Source: Candidatus Collierbacteria bacterium RIFOXYD2_FULL_45_13 (lineage in GTDB: Bacteria > Patescibacteriota > Microgenomatia > UBA1400 > MFAQ01). From it: DNA of 64,000 nt. This document shows, in pieces, positions 46,749 to 56,547 of the stretch (within the stretch, counting starts at the first letter, position 1; every line of letters begins with the position of its first letter). Under the pieces are notes generated by a model. That model was given only the letters and a program-made list of their open reading frames with translations. It was not told the DNA's origin and made no database searches. The stretch covers positions 961,252 through 1,025,251 of the forward strand of contig MFAS01000001.1 of NCBI GenBank assembly GCA_001774685.1, read 5' to 3'. The translations under genes were made by a program, and so were the position numbers.

Positions 46749-47417
46749 ATGAATAACATGAAACATCCAACCTGCCCGCCCAAACTGCGTAGCTGTTGGC
46801 GGGGTTTCACCTTAGCCGAACTCCTGATTGTCATTACCATCATTGCCGTTCTAGCAGTTCTTATACTGCTGTCTCTCAACCCCTTCACCTATTTCAAAAG
46901 AGCTTATGACACTGAGCGGAAAGACGATGTCTACCAACTCAAAAATATTCTTGAAAGTTATTACGCCGATCATGAATACTATCCCGATCTCAAAGTCGTT
47001 CTTGCTGATTGCAACGGGGATAGTTTACAACCCTACCTTGACAAAGTTCCCTGTGACCCAAACACCGGTGCCGCTTACGCCTCCTATACTTTGCCGGTGG
47101 GCAGTACCAAACCCCAGCAATATGTCATTTACGCCCCCACCACCTCTGAGAACTTCCCCGACGCCAACACTGTAGATCAGTGTCCAGATACTTTAATCAC
47201 CAGCTCCCCAGGCATCAGCCAAACAGCCATCATTATCGGGTGTGGGGGTAAAGGGCTCTGTACTCAATACTATGGCTGTAAAAATGGCGCCTGTACCCAA
47301 GTCTCGTTTGATTCTACCGTCAGTTGCACTCCCAATTCTTGTGACTCGGACTGTGGAGGGGTGGACTGCGCGGCTCAAAACGGACAAGGAGGTTATATCA
47401 ACGAGTGTTTGCCTTAG
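46749..47417 (+). CDS. type IV pilin / pseudopilin with Cys-rich C-terminal domain
   Basis: Class III signal: leader ...SCWRG then FTLAELLIVITIIAVLAVLILL, with Glu at +5. At least eight Cys in the C-terminal 70 aa. Confidence 0.8.
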   Translation: MNNMKHPTCPPKLRSCWRGFTLAELLIVITIIAVLAVLILLSLNPFTYFKRAYDTERKDDVYQLKNILESYYADHEYYPDLKVVLADCNGDSLQPYLDKVPCDPNTGAAYASYTLPVGSTKPQQYVIYAPTTSENFPDANTVDQCPDTLITSSPGISQTAIIIGCGGKGLCTQYYGCKNGACTQVSFDSTVSCTPNSCDSDCGGVDCAAQNGQGGYINECLP

Positions 47418-48471
47418 CCACCAATTCTTTAATACCCTTTTGAGTAGCTGAAGAAATCGGCAGGATATCAACTTTCTTCTCCATAAAATATTTTCGAATT
47501 TCAGCAACCTTCTCTTCGCTTACCAAGTCAATCTTACTTAATACTACGATCTCCTTTTTGGTTTCAATTTCCCCACCATAACTCAATAGTTCATTTTTTA
47601 TTGTCCTGTATTTTTCAAATGCCCCTTCCGCGCTTTCTCCGGCTGGCACCAAATGAATCAACACCTTTGCTCTTTCAATGTGTTTTAGAAACTTTATTCC
47701 CAGACCCTTCCCCTCACTCGCTCCTTCTATCAAACCGGGAAAGTCGGCAATCACCAAACGGTTTTCACCGCTTTTCATCACCCCTAAGTTTGGCTCCAAG
47801 GTCGTAAACTCGTAGTCTGCTACTTTGGGCCGAGCGTTTGATAATACCGACAACAGTGTCGACTTGCCGGCGTTAGGCAGTCCCACCAAACCAATATCAG
47901 CTAGTAGCTTGAGAGATAGTTCCGCCTGAAAGCATTGGCCCACCTGGCCCTGCTCTGCCCTCAAAGGAGTTGTTTCTCTGGCACTCATAAAATGCACGTT
48001 TCCCCGGCCGCCGGTTCCTCCTTTAGCTATCAGCATCTTCATACCCGGTTTGTCAAAATCAATCAATTGTTCCTTGGATTCAATTTCGGGAATTACTTTT
48101 GTGATTAGTCTGCCCATCTGTTCCCTAGGCATCCCTTTGACGGCAATGTTTTCGACCTCAATTTTTCCTTGGCTCAGCGGTTTCAGCGTCACGATGGTTC
48201 CGAGAGGCACCTTTATTATCAGATCTTCCCCTTTGGCTCCGGACATTTTCTTACCTGTACCCTTATCACCGTCGGTTGCCTCAAATTTTTGCTGGTGGGC
48301 GAAGTCATCCAGCGTATTGCGGTTGGGATCGGTTTCGATATACACACTACCCCCCTTACCGCCATCACCGCCATCAGGACCGCCCTTAGGAATAAATTTT
48401 TCCCGTCGAAAACTGACGGCACCGTTGCCGCCCCTGCCCGCCCTGATAATAATTTTTGCTTGGTCTACCAT
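47398..48471 (-). CDS. obg: GTPase Obg/CgtA
   Basis: N-terminal Obg fold MVDQAKIIIRAGRGGNGAVSFRREKFIPKGGPDGGDGGKGGSVYI. G-domain GLVGLPNAGKSTLL and DFPGLIEGAS. Confidence 0.95.
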   Translation of the reverse strand: MVDQAKIIIRAGRGGNGAVSFRREKFIPKGGPDGGDGGKGGSVYIETDPNRNTLDDFAHQQKFEATDGDKGTGKKMSGAKGEDLIIKVPLGTIVTLKPLSQGKIEVENIAVKGMPREQMGRLITKVIPEIESKEQLIDFDKPGMKMLIAKGGTGGRGNVHFMSARETTPLRAEQGQVGQCFQAELSLKLLADIGLVGLPNAGKSTLLSVLSNARPKVADYEFTTLEPNLGVMKSGENRLVIADFPGLIEGASEGKGLGIKFLKHIERAKVLIHLVPAGESAEGAFEKYRTIKNELLSYGGEIETKKEIVVLSKIDLVSEEKVAEIRKYFMEKKVDILPISSATQKGIKELVAKANTR

Positions 48472-48738
48472 ATTTAAGCATTATAACGAAGTTATAAGCA
48501 AATATAAGAAGAAGCACAGTGTAGCCAGCAAAATAGCCATGGCTATGCTGAGCGAAACGAGCAAGCTCTTATAATAAATGACATTATTACCCTCTCTTAC
48601 AGATTGACACACCGCCAATTCCTTGTACAATACCTATTTGTAAGTTTCACACGCGGGCGACAACGTTTCAGCGGTCTCGGCTTCTGATTCAGTTTGCCCG
48701 CTCCACCAATTCACCCCGTCTCAATGGCGGGGTTTCTT

Positions 48739-49902
48739 TTACTTCAATACAGCCAATGGACTGGCGTTGCCCTTGTCGGTTCTAATCTCAAAATGCAAGT
48801 GGGTTCCTGTCGATCTTCCTGTACTTCCCATCATTCCCAGTTTGTCTCCTCTTTTCACTGTTTGTCCTACCACCACTGAAAAGGAAGACATGTGAGCATA
48901 AAGTGTTTTCTTGCCGTTACCGTGATCTATCACCACTCTGTTGCCATACCCGGTGTTATCCGCCCAACTGGCTACCAATACGGTTCCTGAATCGGCCGCC
49001 AGAATAGGTCCCCCATCGTGATTGGCTATATCAATTCCCTTATGCCACGCTTTGAAGTCCTGTGATATTTTCCCTGCCGCCGGCCAAATCCAGTTACCCG
49101 TGGCTGATACAGCACCGGCATTGGGCGTCAACGTAGAAGCTAAGTTTGACCTCGGCGACAAAATCACCTCATCCGGCATCTCACCGTCCGGCACGATTAG
49201 CTGTTGACCGATGGCCAAGGCAAACGTTTCGTCGTTGGTAAATTCATTAAAAGGAAAGTCGACTACCGCCTGAGCCGACACATTATATTTCTTGGCCACC
49301 GAATAAATCGTTTCACCCGCCTTCACTGTATGTACTACACCGGTTACCGGAGGAATCTTCAGTACGGTCCCAATTTTGATTTTCTTTTCACTTAGCCCTT
49401 TATTCAGCCAAGTTATCGAGTCGGTATCCACGCCAAACTTTTTTGCAATTGAAGCCAAAGTATCTCCACTCTCTACCGTATAGTCGAGCATATCCGCTCT
49501 TGGTTTATCCGATACTTGGGTCAGCGGGTCCATCTCCACTTGCGACTCGGTCGAAAGCCCCAAAACCCTAGCTGTTTCTCCTGATGGCGTACTTTCTTGA
49601 GCAAAGGCAAACTTACTACCTAGCCCAAGAGACATGACCGCTTGCGTCTGAGAGTCATTGACGATAATAGTCGGACCCAGAGTCACCGAGAGCACCATTA
49701 CTGTCACCATCACCGAGTTTACAATTAGCTGGGAGTGTTTACCCCTTTGCTGGTACATCTTACCCACTAGAATTGATTTTACGGACTCAAATACCGCAAA
49801 CTTTGGCTTCAGATAGCTCGCTACAAAATACGACAACAAGATCCTCAAATATTTGAAAAAATCTATCACCCACTCGCTGATAAAAGTCTTTAGGCTACTC
49901 AT
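48739..49902 (-). CDS. membrane-anchored LysM-domain M23 peptidase
   Basis: Two LysM domains (DTLASIAKKFGVD.., GETIYSVAKKYNVS..). M23 motifs HKGIDIA and GSTGRSTGTHLHFEIR. Confidence 0.9.
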   Translation of the reverse strand: MSSLKTFISEWVIDFFKYLRILLSYFVASYLKPKFAVFESVKSILVGKMYQQRGKHSQLIVNSVMVTVMVLSVTLGPTIIVNDSQTQAVMSLGLGSKFAFAQESTPSGETARVLGLSTESQVEMDPLTQVSDKPRADMLDYTVESGDTLASIAKKFGVDTDSITWLNKGLSEKKIKIGTVLKIPPVTGVVHTVKAGETIYSVAKKYNVSAQAVVDFPFNEFTNDETFALAIGQQLIVPDGEMPDEVILSPRSNLASTLTPNAGAVSATGNWIWPAAGKISQDFKAWHKGIDIANHDGGPILAADSGTVLVASWADNTGYGNRVVIDHGNGKKTLYAHMSSFSVVVGQTVKRGDKLGMMGSTGRSTGTHLHFEIRTDKGNASPLAVLK

Positions 49903-49976
49903 AATTGGAGCAAAATCTATTCTACCACCTCCACCCCATCGTCATTGCGAGGTCGCCTCAGACGACCGTGGCAATC

Positions 49977-50705
49977 TCACTCCACCCTCTTAAATATCAG
50001 TGAGTACGGCGTTTTTGCCTTCAATTCATAACCTTTGGCAACAAGGTACTTAGTCACTTCCGACTTCTTCCAATTTTTAAAGTCAAACTCCAGATCCTCA
50101 CAAATAATCAGTTCTGGTCTGTATTTCTTCCAGTCATTAGACTTTAGTACCTCCACATCCATTCCCTCCGCATCTACCGACAATAGAACTATCTTTTGTC
50201 CCTTAGGTATGTACTTCTCAAGTATCTCCCTCAAAGGCAGTACGTCTACTATCCTTTTTCCCACCAGCTTTCTACCGGCTTCTTTCTGATTCTTCCTAGC
50301 CTGCTCCGCAGAAAAAGTATTGGCCGCCCCATCCTCAAACATGAAATACTCCATCACCCCTCCCTCGTCCTGGTTTTGATTTTTTGAGCCGTCTCCCACC
50401 CCCACATTCACAAATATATCCCTTGGCCTCGCTTGCCCATACAGCTTTTCCATCTGTGGGTTGGGATCTACGCAGATTCCTCTCCATCCCTTCTTGTAAA
50501 ACAAATAAGTATTCGAAAACAGCTTCGGGTGATACGCTCCGATGTCCACATAAAACCCCCTCGCCAACTTTGATTTTTTGAGTTTTTGATTTATTGAGTT
50601 TTTGAACTCTCCCCAAGCTATCAAATCCTCCCCACTCTGGGCATACGATCGCTTCCCGAACAGATCGTAGAGTGGCGAAACCAGTAGTTTTTGCTTCCAA
50701 TCCAT
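49977..50705 (-). CDS. FkbM-family methyltransferase
   Basis: GFYVDIGAYHPKLFSNTYLFYKKGWRGICVDPNP is the SAM-binding core of FkbM/Methyltransf_21. Confidence 0.7.
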   Translation of the reverse strand: MDWKQKLLVSPLYDLFGKRSYAQSGEDLIAWGEFKNSINQKLKKSKLARGFYVDIGAYHPKLFSNTYLFYKKGWRGICVDPNPQMEKLYGQARPRDIFVNVGVGDGSKNQNQDEGGVMEYFMFEDGAANTFSAEQARKNQKEAGRKLVGKRIVDVLPLREILEKYIPKGQKIVLLSVDAEGMDVEVLKSNDWKKYRPELIICEDLEFDFKNWKKSEVTKYLVAKGYELKAKTPYSLIFKRVE

Positions 50706-50797
50706 CCCTCTAGTTTACCCTATTGACATTTTGGGCAAAATATGTCATCCTATAGCGTATTCAATATCCATCAAGCACCTGAAAATCGGAGGTTACT

Positions 50798-51184
50798 ATG
50801 TTTCGCTCTCGCTATCCCCTGTTCAATTTTGTTATGAACTTCCTGATCTCCTGCGGCCTTTTCTGGTTGTTTTCCCAGATTGGCTGGATTACCATCAGCA
50901 GCGCCCAGCCTCTTTGGGTCATTGTCTTGGTGGTCATCTTGGTGAACCTGGTCGTCAGTCTGGTCCTGACCTTTGGTCTGATCCTGCTTCTGCCAGTCAT
51001 CGCCATCCTGGCCTTCTGCACTCTTGGTCTCGGCGTGGTAGTTATTTCCGGCGCCTTTACCTATGCAGTCTTCTACATCACTGGAAGTCTGACTGGCTTG
51101 TTTGTCATGACGACAATATGGTGGCAGGCTCTCGTCATCGGCATCGCCTTCTCCCTGCTGCGTTTCAGCACCCCTTCGAACTGA
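50798..51184 (+). CDS. small four-TM membrane protein (128 aa), hypothetical
   Basis: Four hydrophobic helices; followed by a strong terminator. Confidence 0.5.
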   Translation: MFRSRYPLFNFVMNFLISCGLFWLFSQIGWITISSAQPLWVIVLVVILVNLVVSLVLTFGLILLLPVIAILAFCTLGLGVVVISGAFTYAVFYITGSLTGLFVMTTIWWQALVIGIAFSLLRFSTPSN

Positions 51185-51199
51185 TCTACCTGCTCGATG

Positions 51200-51227
51200 G
51201 ACCCCGCCTCAGGCGGGGTCTTTTTTT
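51200..51227 (+). terminator. Rho-independent terminator gaccccgcc-tcag-gcggggtc plus T7
   Basis: Perfect hairpin plus T-run. Confidence 0.6.
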
Positions 51228-51331
51228 ATCCCAAACAGTGATGTTGAAGCCAAAACTTGACATTTCACGCACTATAAGATATAATACTCACCAATTCTAC
51301 CTTGACTTTCCGACAACTCAAAGGAGACCTC

Positions 51332-51823
51332 ATGAAAACTCCACACCTGCTGCGCATTCTGCTCGCCCTCACAATCCTCTCTCTCGCCCTCACCGCCTGC
51401 GGCACACAAAAAGTCCAGTACCCGAGTTTGTGGGAAATCTACGACCCCGCTTCATTCACGACGGGAAGCCTGCGAACGGGCTACAATGTCGTCGTCGAGC
51501 CCATTGCTGAATCAGAACTTCCGGGATATGGACAAAAGGTCGAGGGCGTGGCCATCTATATGGTCGCCGAAGTGACCAGTGCCATTGACACTAATTTCTC
51601 AGCCTTGTATGTGGCTGAGGTGTACCCATCCATCACGGTACCGAACGGATACTTGTTGTCAGGACGAAAGGTTTTCTTCCGAGTCCGTCAACAGGCCAAT
51701 GAACTGGCTACTGCCGATCAAGTCTGGAACCCCATTGGTACAGACGCCGCCGCAGTCATGTCGACGCTTTGCGCCGACACCGCCCAAAAGACGGGCGCGG
51801 CCTCTTTCTGCCCCACTCCTTGA
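51332..51823 (+). CDS. lipoprotein (163 aa), hypothetical
   Basis: MKTPHLLRILLALTILSLALTAC lipobox after an AAGGAGA Shine-Dalgarno. Trimmed from track ORF 51302. Confidence 0.6.
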   Translation: MKTPHLLRILLALTILSLALTACGTQKVQYPSLWEIYDPASFTTGSLRTGYNVVVEPIAESELPGYGQKVEGVAIYMVAEVTSAIDTNFSALYVAEVYPSITVPNGYLLSGRKVFFRVRQQANELATADQVWNPIGTDAAAVMSTLCADTAQKTGAASFCPTP

Positions 51824-51833
51824 TCTCCAACTC

Positions 51834-51867
51834 AAAAAAACCCTCCGCCTCTCGCGGAGGGTTTTTC
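51834..51867. terminator. Rho-independent terminator aaaaaaa-ccctccgc-ctct-cgcggaggg-ttttt
   Basis: Symmetric A and T runs around a GC hairpin. Confidence 0.6.
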
Positions 51868-51953
51868 ATGCCAAATTCGTCATTGCGAGTTTCGGTAATC
51901 CGAACCGTGGCTCGCTGATACCCGAAGGGGTAAATCTCACATATAATGATCTC

Positions 51954-53357
51954 GTGAAGCGTTTTATATTTCTATCTTTATCACTCTTCTTTGCCGTTTT
52001 TATTATCCTCCTCATTCCCCAAGCCACAACCATTAAGCCATTCCTGCCCTTCGCCAACTATCTCCTAGGCGTGGCAAATCCCACGTCATACTTGGTTTTA
52101 CTGGGCAACGACACCGAAATGCGTGCCAATGGTGGCTTCGCCGGCTCCTACGCCAAGCTCTCCCTCTCCACCAAACTAACTAACAACTTCGCACTAATAA
52201 CTAATAACTCCCTGGATTTCCAGGACATCTACGTCCCCAATGGCCAGCTGGCCGGCCACGTCACCCCACCGGAACCAATCCAACAAGCCTTCGGGCACGG
52301 TACCTGGGAGCTCGCCAATGCCGATTGGGAGCCGGACTTCCCTACAGCAGCACAGAACATTCGTTGGTTTTTGGACAAAGGTAAAGAAATAAACCCCGAC
52401 ATTCTGGCCATCATCAATCTCACCACCATCAAACAAGTCTTGAATATTGTCGGTAGTTTCCCTGTGCCTGAATACGCAGCAAATATTACTCCTGAAAATC
52501 TGTATCTTTTTCTCCAAGGCAAAACCGAAACCAATTTTTTCCCCGGCTCTACCCAAAAAAAAGACACCCTCACCGCTGTCGGCCAAGCCCTAATTAAGAA
52601 GTCAAAAAGCCTTTCTCTCTCGAAAAAGCTTACGATAGCGCACATATTGTATACGGATTTAATAAATCAAAATATCATGATCCATTCGTCTAATACCTCG
52701 TTTCAAGCATTCCTCGAACAAAAAAAGCTCGCTGGAGTTTTGTCTCCCGAGGCTTTTGACACCTACTCCCTTATAGAGACCAACTTAGGAGCCAATAAAG
52801 CCAATCAGTTCGTTTCCCGCTCCACTACCCACACCATCACCCACTCTTCATCCTCAACCATCCGCCACCAAGTCACCGCCCACTTCACCAACTCCTCCCC
52901 GGCAGCCAATCCCAACCCTCCCGTTCATTACGGAGGCAACTACATCGCCTATCTCCGCTTCTACATACCCACATACGCCCAAAACATTTCTTTAACTCGG
53001 ACACCAGAAGGCAAGCCTCCCCTCCCCGAGGAGTTGGACACTACTACTTCAACTGTCAATGCGAAGAGCGCAAGCGACGCAGCAATCTATACAAATGGCA
53101 CCACCGGTCCAAAATGTGAAATGAGCAATGTAAAATGTAAAATCTCCTACGGTCTTACCGAGATGGGTTTCTGGCATACCACCCCTGCCGGAGGCGAAAG
53201 CACTATTTCTCTTGCCTACGACCTCCTCCTACCACAGTCCATAGAGTACTCCCTGGCTATCCTCAAACAACACGGCTTGGCTACCTCCCCCCAAACCGTC
53301 GATCTCTTCGGCAATCACTACTCCTCCGGGCTCAGGCACAGCTTCCGTTTACCATAG
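51954..53357 (+). CDS. membrane-anchored extracytoplasmic protein (about 467 aa, GTG start), hypothetical
   Basis: The track ORF 51579 overlaps the lipoprotein gene in another frame. The first plausible start after its terminator is GTG at 51954 (VKRFIFLSLSLFFAVFIILLI anchor); TATAAT lies 9 nt upstream. Confidence 0.5.
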   Translation: MKRFIFLSLSLFFAVFIILLIPQATTIKPFLPFANYLLGVANPTSYLVLLGNDTEMRANGGFAGSYAKLSLSTKLTNNFALITNNSLDFQDIYVPNGQLAGHVTPPEPIQQAFGHGTWELANADWEPDFPTAAQNIRWFLDKGKEINPDILAIINLTTIKQVLNIVGSFPVPEYAANITPENLYLFLQGKTETNFFPGSTQKKDTLTAVGQALIKKSKSLSLSKKLTIAHILYTDLINQNIMIHSSNTSFQAFLEQKKLAGVLSPEAFDTYSLIETNLGANKANQFVSRSTTHTITHSSSSTIRHQVTAHFTNSSPAANPNPPVHYGGNYIAYLRFYIPTYAQNISLTRTPEGKPPLPEELDTTTSTVNAKSASDAAIYTNGTTGPKCEMSNVKCKISYGLTEMGFWHTTPAGGESTISLAYDLLLPQSIEYSLAILKQHGLATSPQTVDLFGNHYSSGLRHSFRLP

Positions 53358-53451
53358 CTTCATAGTCATACCTATAACATTGCGTTTTCCATTTTAACAA
53401 GGTAAAATATGCAAGATTCAAACCAAATCTGTACGTTAATAGGAGTAAAGC

Positions 53452-53934
53452 ATGAAGCAATCGTATCTGAACGTCGGCTTGACAGTCTTTGGCTTCACCG
53501 TTCTGACCTTGGTCATCAGCGTCCTTCTGGGTACCTCCCCCGTTACCATCCTGGCTTTTGCCGGCAACTTGGTGGTTTATTTCATTTTCTTCTTTGGCTT
53601 TCAGATTGTCCTGCCTCCACTTATTGCCTACTTTGCCCGGAAGTACGGGATCACCCGGCTCGACAACAAGTTTGGCCAAAACTACCGTGAACAGATTCCC
53701 AACTGGATTCACTGGCTTCTTGCCATTACCTTCGGTTTGCTTATTGGACTCGCCTGGATGAAACTCACCCCTCTCATCGCCTTCATCCCCTCCTTGAGTG
53801 TCTGGCCTATTGAGTTTTTGCGCTGGACGGCGAGCTTTGAGCGGATCAATTATTGGGTGTCTGTCTGGCCCGCGATATCTTTCGCGGTCTCCTACCTAGT
53901 CACCCATACGGATATATCCAACCGAGAAAACTGA
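53452..53934 (+). CDS. four-TM membrane protein (160 aa), hypothetical
   Basis: TAATAGGAG Shine-Dalgarno; hydrophobic helices; terminator follows. Confidence 0.55.
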   Translation: MKQSYLNVGLTVFGFTVLTLVISVLLGTSPVTILAFAGNLVVYFIFFFGFQIVLPPLIAYFARKYGITRLDNKFGQNYREQIPNWIHWLLAITFGLLIGLAWMKLTPLIAFIPSLSVWPIEFLRWTASFERINYWVSVWPAISFAVSYLVTHTDISNREN

Positions 53935-53941
53935 TTTTCCA

Positions 53942-53968
53942 AGCCCCGTAGATAACGGGGCTTTTTTG
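53942..53968 (+). terminator. Rho-independent terminator agccccgt-agataa-cggggct plus TTTTTT
   Basis: Hairpin plus T-run after the stop at 53934. Confidence 0.6.
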
Positions 53969-53991
53969 CGCCTCTTCAAGCTCATTTTGCA

Positions 53992-54020
53992 TAAAAAAAG
54001 ACCCCCATTATAGGGGGCCT
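53992..54020 (-). terminator. Rho-independent terminator for the minus-strand operon (ggcccccTATAATgggggtc plus T-run on minus strand)
   Basis: Lies 7 nt downstream of the minus-strand ORF ending at 54027; A-run on the plus strand. Confidence 0.55.
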
Positions 54021-54026
54021 TCGAAG

Positions 54027-54398
54027 TTAATCCAGTTGATCGTAAGGTGAGCGGCGCTCAATGAGTCCATCTGAACCCCATCCAGGCGTAGCCGCCAGTT
54101 TGTCCAATACTCTTGTGGACATGTCTTCCAAAAACGCAGCGGCATCCGACAGATCACGCTCACCGTCGCGCAAAGTCTCTGCGTTTATGACCAAAGCCAC
54201 TTTGACAGAGGCTGACAGAAGTTCAACCTCTCCATCGCCAAACGCCTCTTGTACCGCTTTTTCAAAGATCGGCTGATCGATGGACAGGTTACGCACCTGT
54301 AAGACAACCTCATCTCCGACCATCTCCCCCACGAGCGGTGTCATCGAAACCAGTTCCACCACATACATGTCACCTTGGTTGAATCTCGCCACCATCAT
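54027..54398 (-). CDS. acidic cytoplasmic protein (123 aa), hypothetical
   Basis: ATGA-coupled to the upstream lipoprotein gene; no TM helix. Confidence 0.5.
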   Translation of the reverse strand: MMVARFNQGDMYVVELVSMTPLVGEMVGDEVVLQVRNLSIDQPIFEKAVQEAFGDGEVELLSASVKVALVINAETLRDGERDLSDAAAFLEDMSTRVLDKLAATPGWGSDGLIERRSPYDQLD

Positions 54399-55114
54399 TC
54401 CTCCACATTCGGGTTCGTTTTTAGGATAACGTTGTTCTGTCCAGGCGTAATCCCATCGAAGTAGTCATCGGGCAATGGGTCAAATCCTAGTCCGTTCAGA
54501 GCCAATCGAATCCACTCCTCGTAGACATAGTTGTACGATCCGTCGACGATAAACTGGAACTTGTCCATTTTCTCGTTAAGAACGTATCTCAGAGATCCAG
54601 TTTCGGTCCCGACTCCGCAAATCAGATTGCCGTAGCTATCTTTATCACAGTTGGCAATCCCGATCTCCAGGCTGACCATCGACTCAGACGGGATCGTCTC
54701 ACAAATGGGCTGGACGACCACTTTGGTCGTTATCTCGTTAAGGTTAATCGTATTTACTCCGCAGTCGCCATAAGTGTTGGCTAGAGGTCGACTTAGATAG
54801 ATTCGGAAGAGCGGCCCCAAGTCCACAATCTGCGGCTTCAGATCGACAGGCTGCCAGACACCATCCTTTTTCGTAAAGGTGATGGTCTCTTGCTCCACGT
54901 CACTGCCCTGGAAAAATGCCCTCGGAATGTCTTCTGTATAGGAGTAGGTGAAGAAAATCCTTCCCTCCGTTTGCGGTGCCACGGTGGGCACCACAGGAGC
55001 CTCAATCACTGAGAAGATGGGGTACTCTGTAGCCGGCACTTCTGCGGGCACGTTGGCCGGGGCACAAGCCGCCAAAATCAAGATCAAAATTAGGAAAGCT
55101 GTTAACTTTTTCAT
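54395..55114 (-). CDS. lipoprotein (239 aa), hypothetical
   Basis: MKKLTAFLILILILAACAPA lipobox; Pro/Val-rich linker. Confidence 0.55.
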   Translation of the reverse strand: MKKLTAFLILILILAACAPANVPAEVPATEYPIFSVIEAPVVPTVAPQTEGRIFFTYSYTEDIPRAFFQGSDVEQETITFTKKDGVWQPVDLKPQIVDLGPLFRIYLSRPLANTYGDCGVNTINLNEITTKVVVQPICETIPSESMVSLEIGIANCDKDSYGNLICGVGTETGSLRYVLNEKMDKFQFIVDGSYNYVYEEWIRLALNGLGFDPLPDDYFDGITPGQNNVILKTNPNVEE

Positions 55115-55182
55115 GTACGCCTCCAGATATCAAGATGTGCCTATTATAACACATATAGGATAATCTACGCACCTTTTCGCCA

Positions 55183-55209
55183 ATAAAATCCCCCGCCGGT
55201 TGGCGGGGG
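55183..55209 (-). terminator. terminator element aataaaatcccccgccGGTTggcggggg (copy 1 of a repeated element)
   Basis: 8-bp GC stem with a T-run on the minus strand, downstream of 55225..55449. Near-identical to 57763..57789. Confidence 0.55.
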
Positions 55210-55224
55210 TGGTATTAGCGAAAA

Positions 55225-55449
55225 CTACGCTTCTTCGACGGCGTCGATGTCGTCAGCGTGCAGACGGTAGTTTGTACCTTCTTCATTGCTGAAGACGAAT
55301 CCATCTTCGTTCGCCTCGACAAAGGTCAGCACCGTCTCCGCGTTCAGATCGATGTCGTTCTGAAGGACACAGTTCTGTCCATCGACGACACACGCGTCGA
55401 CTTCCCTCGTTAGGCGATATTTCACGTCTTTCTCAAATTTCGGTTCCAT
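55225..55449 (-). CDS. small acidic protein (74 aa), hypothetical
   Basis: ORF with its own terminator. Downstream of, and co-oriented with, the lipoprotein gene. Confidence 0.45.
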   Translation of the reverse strand: MEPKFEKDVKYRLTREVDACVVDGQNCVLQNDIDLNAETVLTFVEANEDGFVFSNEEGTNYRLHADDIDAVEEA

Positions 55450-55468
55450 CGTTTCTCCTTCTCACCCC

Positions 55469-56485
55469 TTACGGAGTGGCGGTCGGGACCAACTCGGTCG
55501 GGACGGAGGTGGGACTAGGAATAATGACCGCAGGCGGACCGTCATCGATGATTCCGCCCTGACAGACGTTACCAGAGAAGTTGAAGACGCACGTACTACC
55601 GGCGTTCGCGCATGCCTGAACCAGGTCCTGCAAGCCGAGCCAGCAGTAGGCATTCGGTCCGTAGAGCTCCTGGGCCACCTGCAAACGCTGTTGGCTGAGA
55701 GAGATCGAACCTTGGGTGCTCGAGTTCGACTGATCCGGATTTTTGATCACGTAATCGATCACGATCTCGATCGGAGCACAGTAAAACTCTCCTTCGCCCG
55801 GTTTCTTAGGATCGGGCCAACCAGAGGCATTGGCACCACAGAAGAAGTCGATATTGTTGTACCCCGTGGGGGCTCGAAGCTTTTCCTTGATGCTTTCTAC
55901 CATATACTGCTGGAGAATCGCGATTTGCGCCGTATCCCCGTTCTGCCAAATTGCGTCGGTCGTCAGGAACGCCCCTTCCCTTGCGGAACGGGCCATTGCC
56001 GGGCCAAAGGTCTCACCCAGCATGTCAAGCCACCCTTCGGTGGAGTTGTTAATCTCACCACCAGAGACATCACGATCACTGGCGGCACCAAACTTGTATT
56101 GGTATTTGAAGAAGGCCTTCATCGCCTCCTTATTCTGATTGAGCTGAAAATAGGAACTCACGGCGATGAGAATGTCAGTCCCTGTGGAAGTTTTCGCTTT
56201 CAACAGCTGGATTTCATCACCCACCGATATACCATTACTCACCTGACTACCGTCATTAATCAGATAATTCCGATCACCGCAGGGTACGTACTTAATGACG
56301 TGGTCTGTACTGGCTTGAGGGATCTCCTCCCCCGGATAGTAAACCTCATCCACGTCCGAATCGGGATAACCATCGCCGACTACGTAGGCACAGCTTGCCT
56401 CGCTTACTCCAGAATAAAAACAGCCGGTGAGCAGGAAACTGGCAATGACCAGCAACGACAACACAGTGAACAGTTTCTTCTTCAT
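55469..56485 (-). CDS. lipoprotein (338 aa), hypothetical
   Basis: MKKKLFTVLSLLVIASFLLTGC after a CAAGGAGAACC Shine-Dalgarno. Trimmed from track ORF 56545. Confidence 0.55.
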   Translation of the reverse strand: MKKKLFTVLSLLVIASFLLTGCFYSGVSEASCAYVVGDGYPDSDVDEVYYPGEEIPQASTDHVIKYVPCGDRNYLINDGSQVSNGISVGDEIQLLKAKTSTGTDILIAVSSYFQLNQNKEAMKAFFKYQYKFGAASDRDVSGGEINNSTEGWLDMLGETFGPAMARSAREGAFLTTDAIWQNGDTAQIAILQQYMVESIKEKLRAPTGYNNIDFFCGANASGWPDPKKPGEGEFYCAPIEIVIDYVIKNPDQSNSSTQGSISLSQQRLQVAQELYGPNAYCWLGLQDLVQACANAGSTCVFNFSGNVCQGGIIDDGPPAVIIPSPTSVPTELVPTATP

Positions 56486-56547
56486 CCTTGGTTCTCCTTG
56501 TGAAATGTTTTCAAAGTCCCGAACGGTATGTATTATACCGCACAAGC

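Noticed and set aside
51579-51953. 5' extension of the 592-aa track ORF
   Set aside because: Overlaps the lipoprotein gene 51332..51823 in another frame and spans its terminator. The first plausible start after the terminator is GTG at 51954.
56486-56545. 20-aa N-terminal extension (MCGIIHTVRD...) of the lipoprotein ORF
   Set aside because: The canonical signal peptide MKKKLF...LTGC begins at 56485 with a good Shine-Dalgarno.
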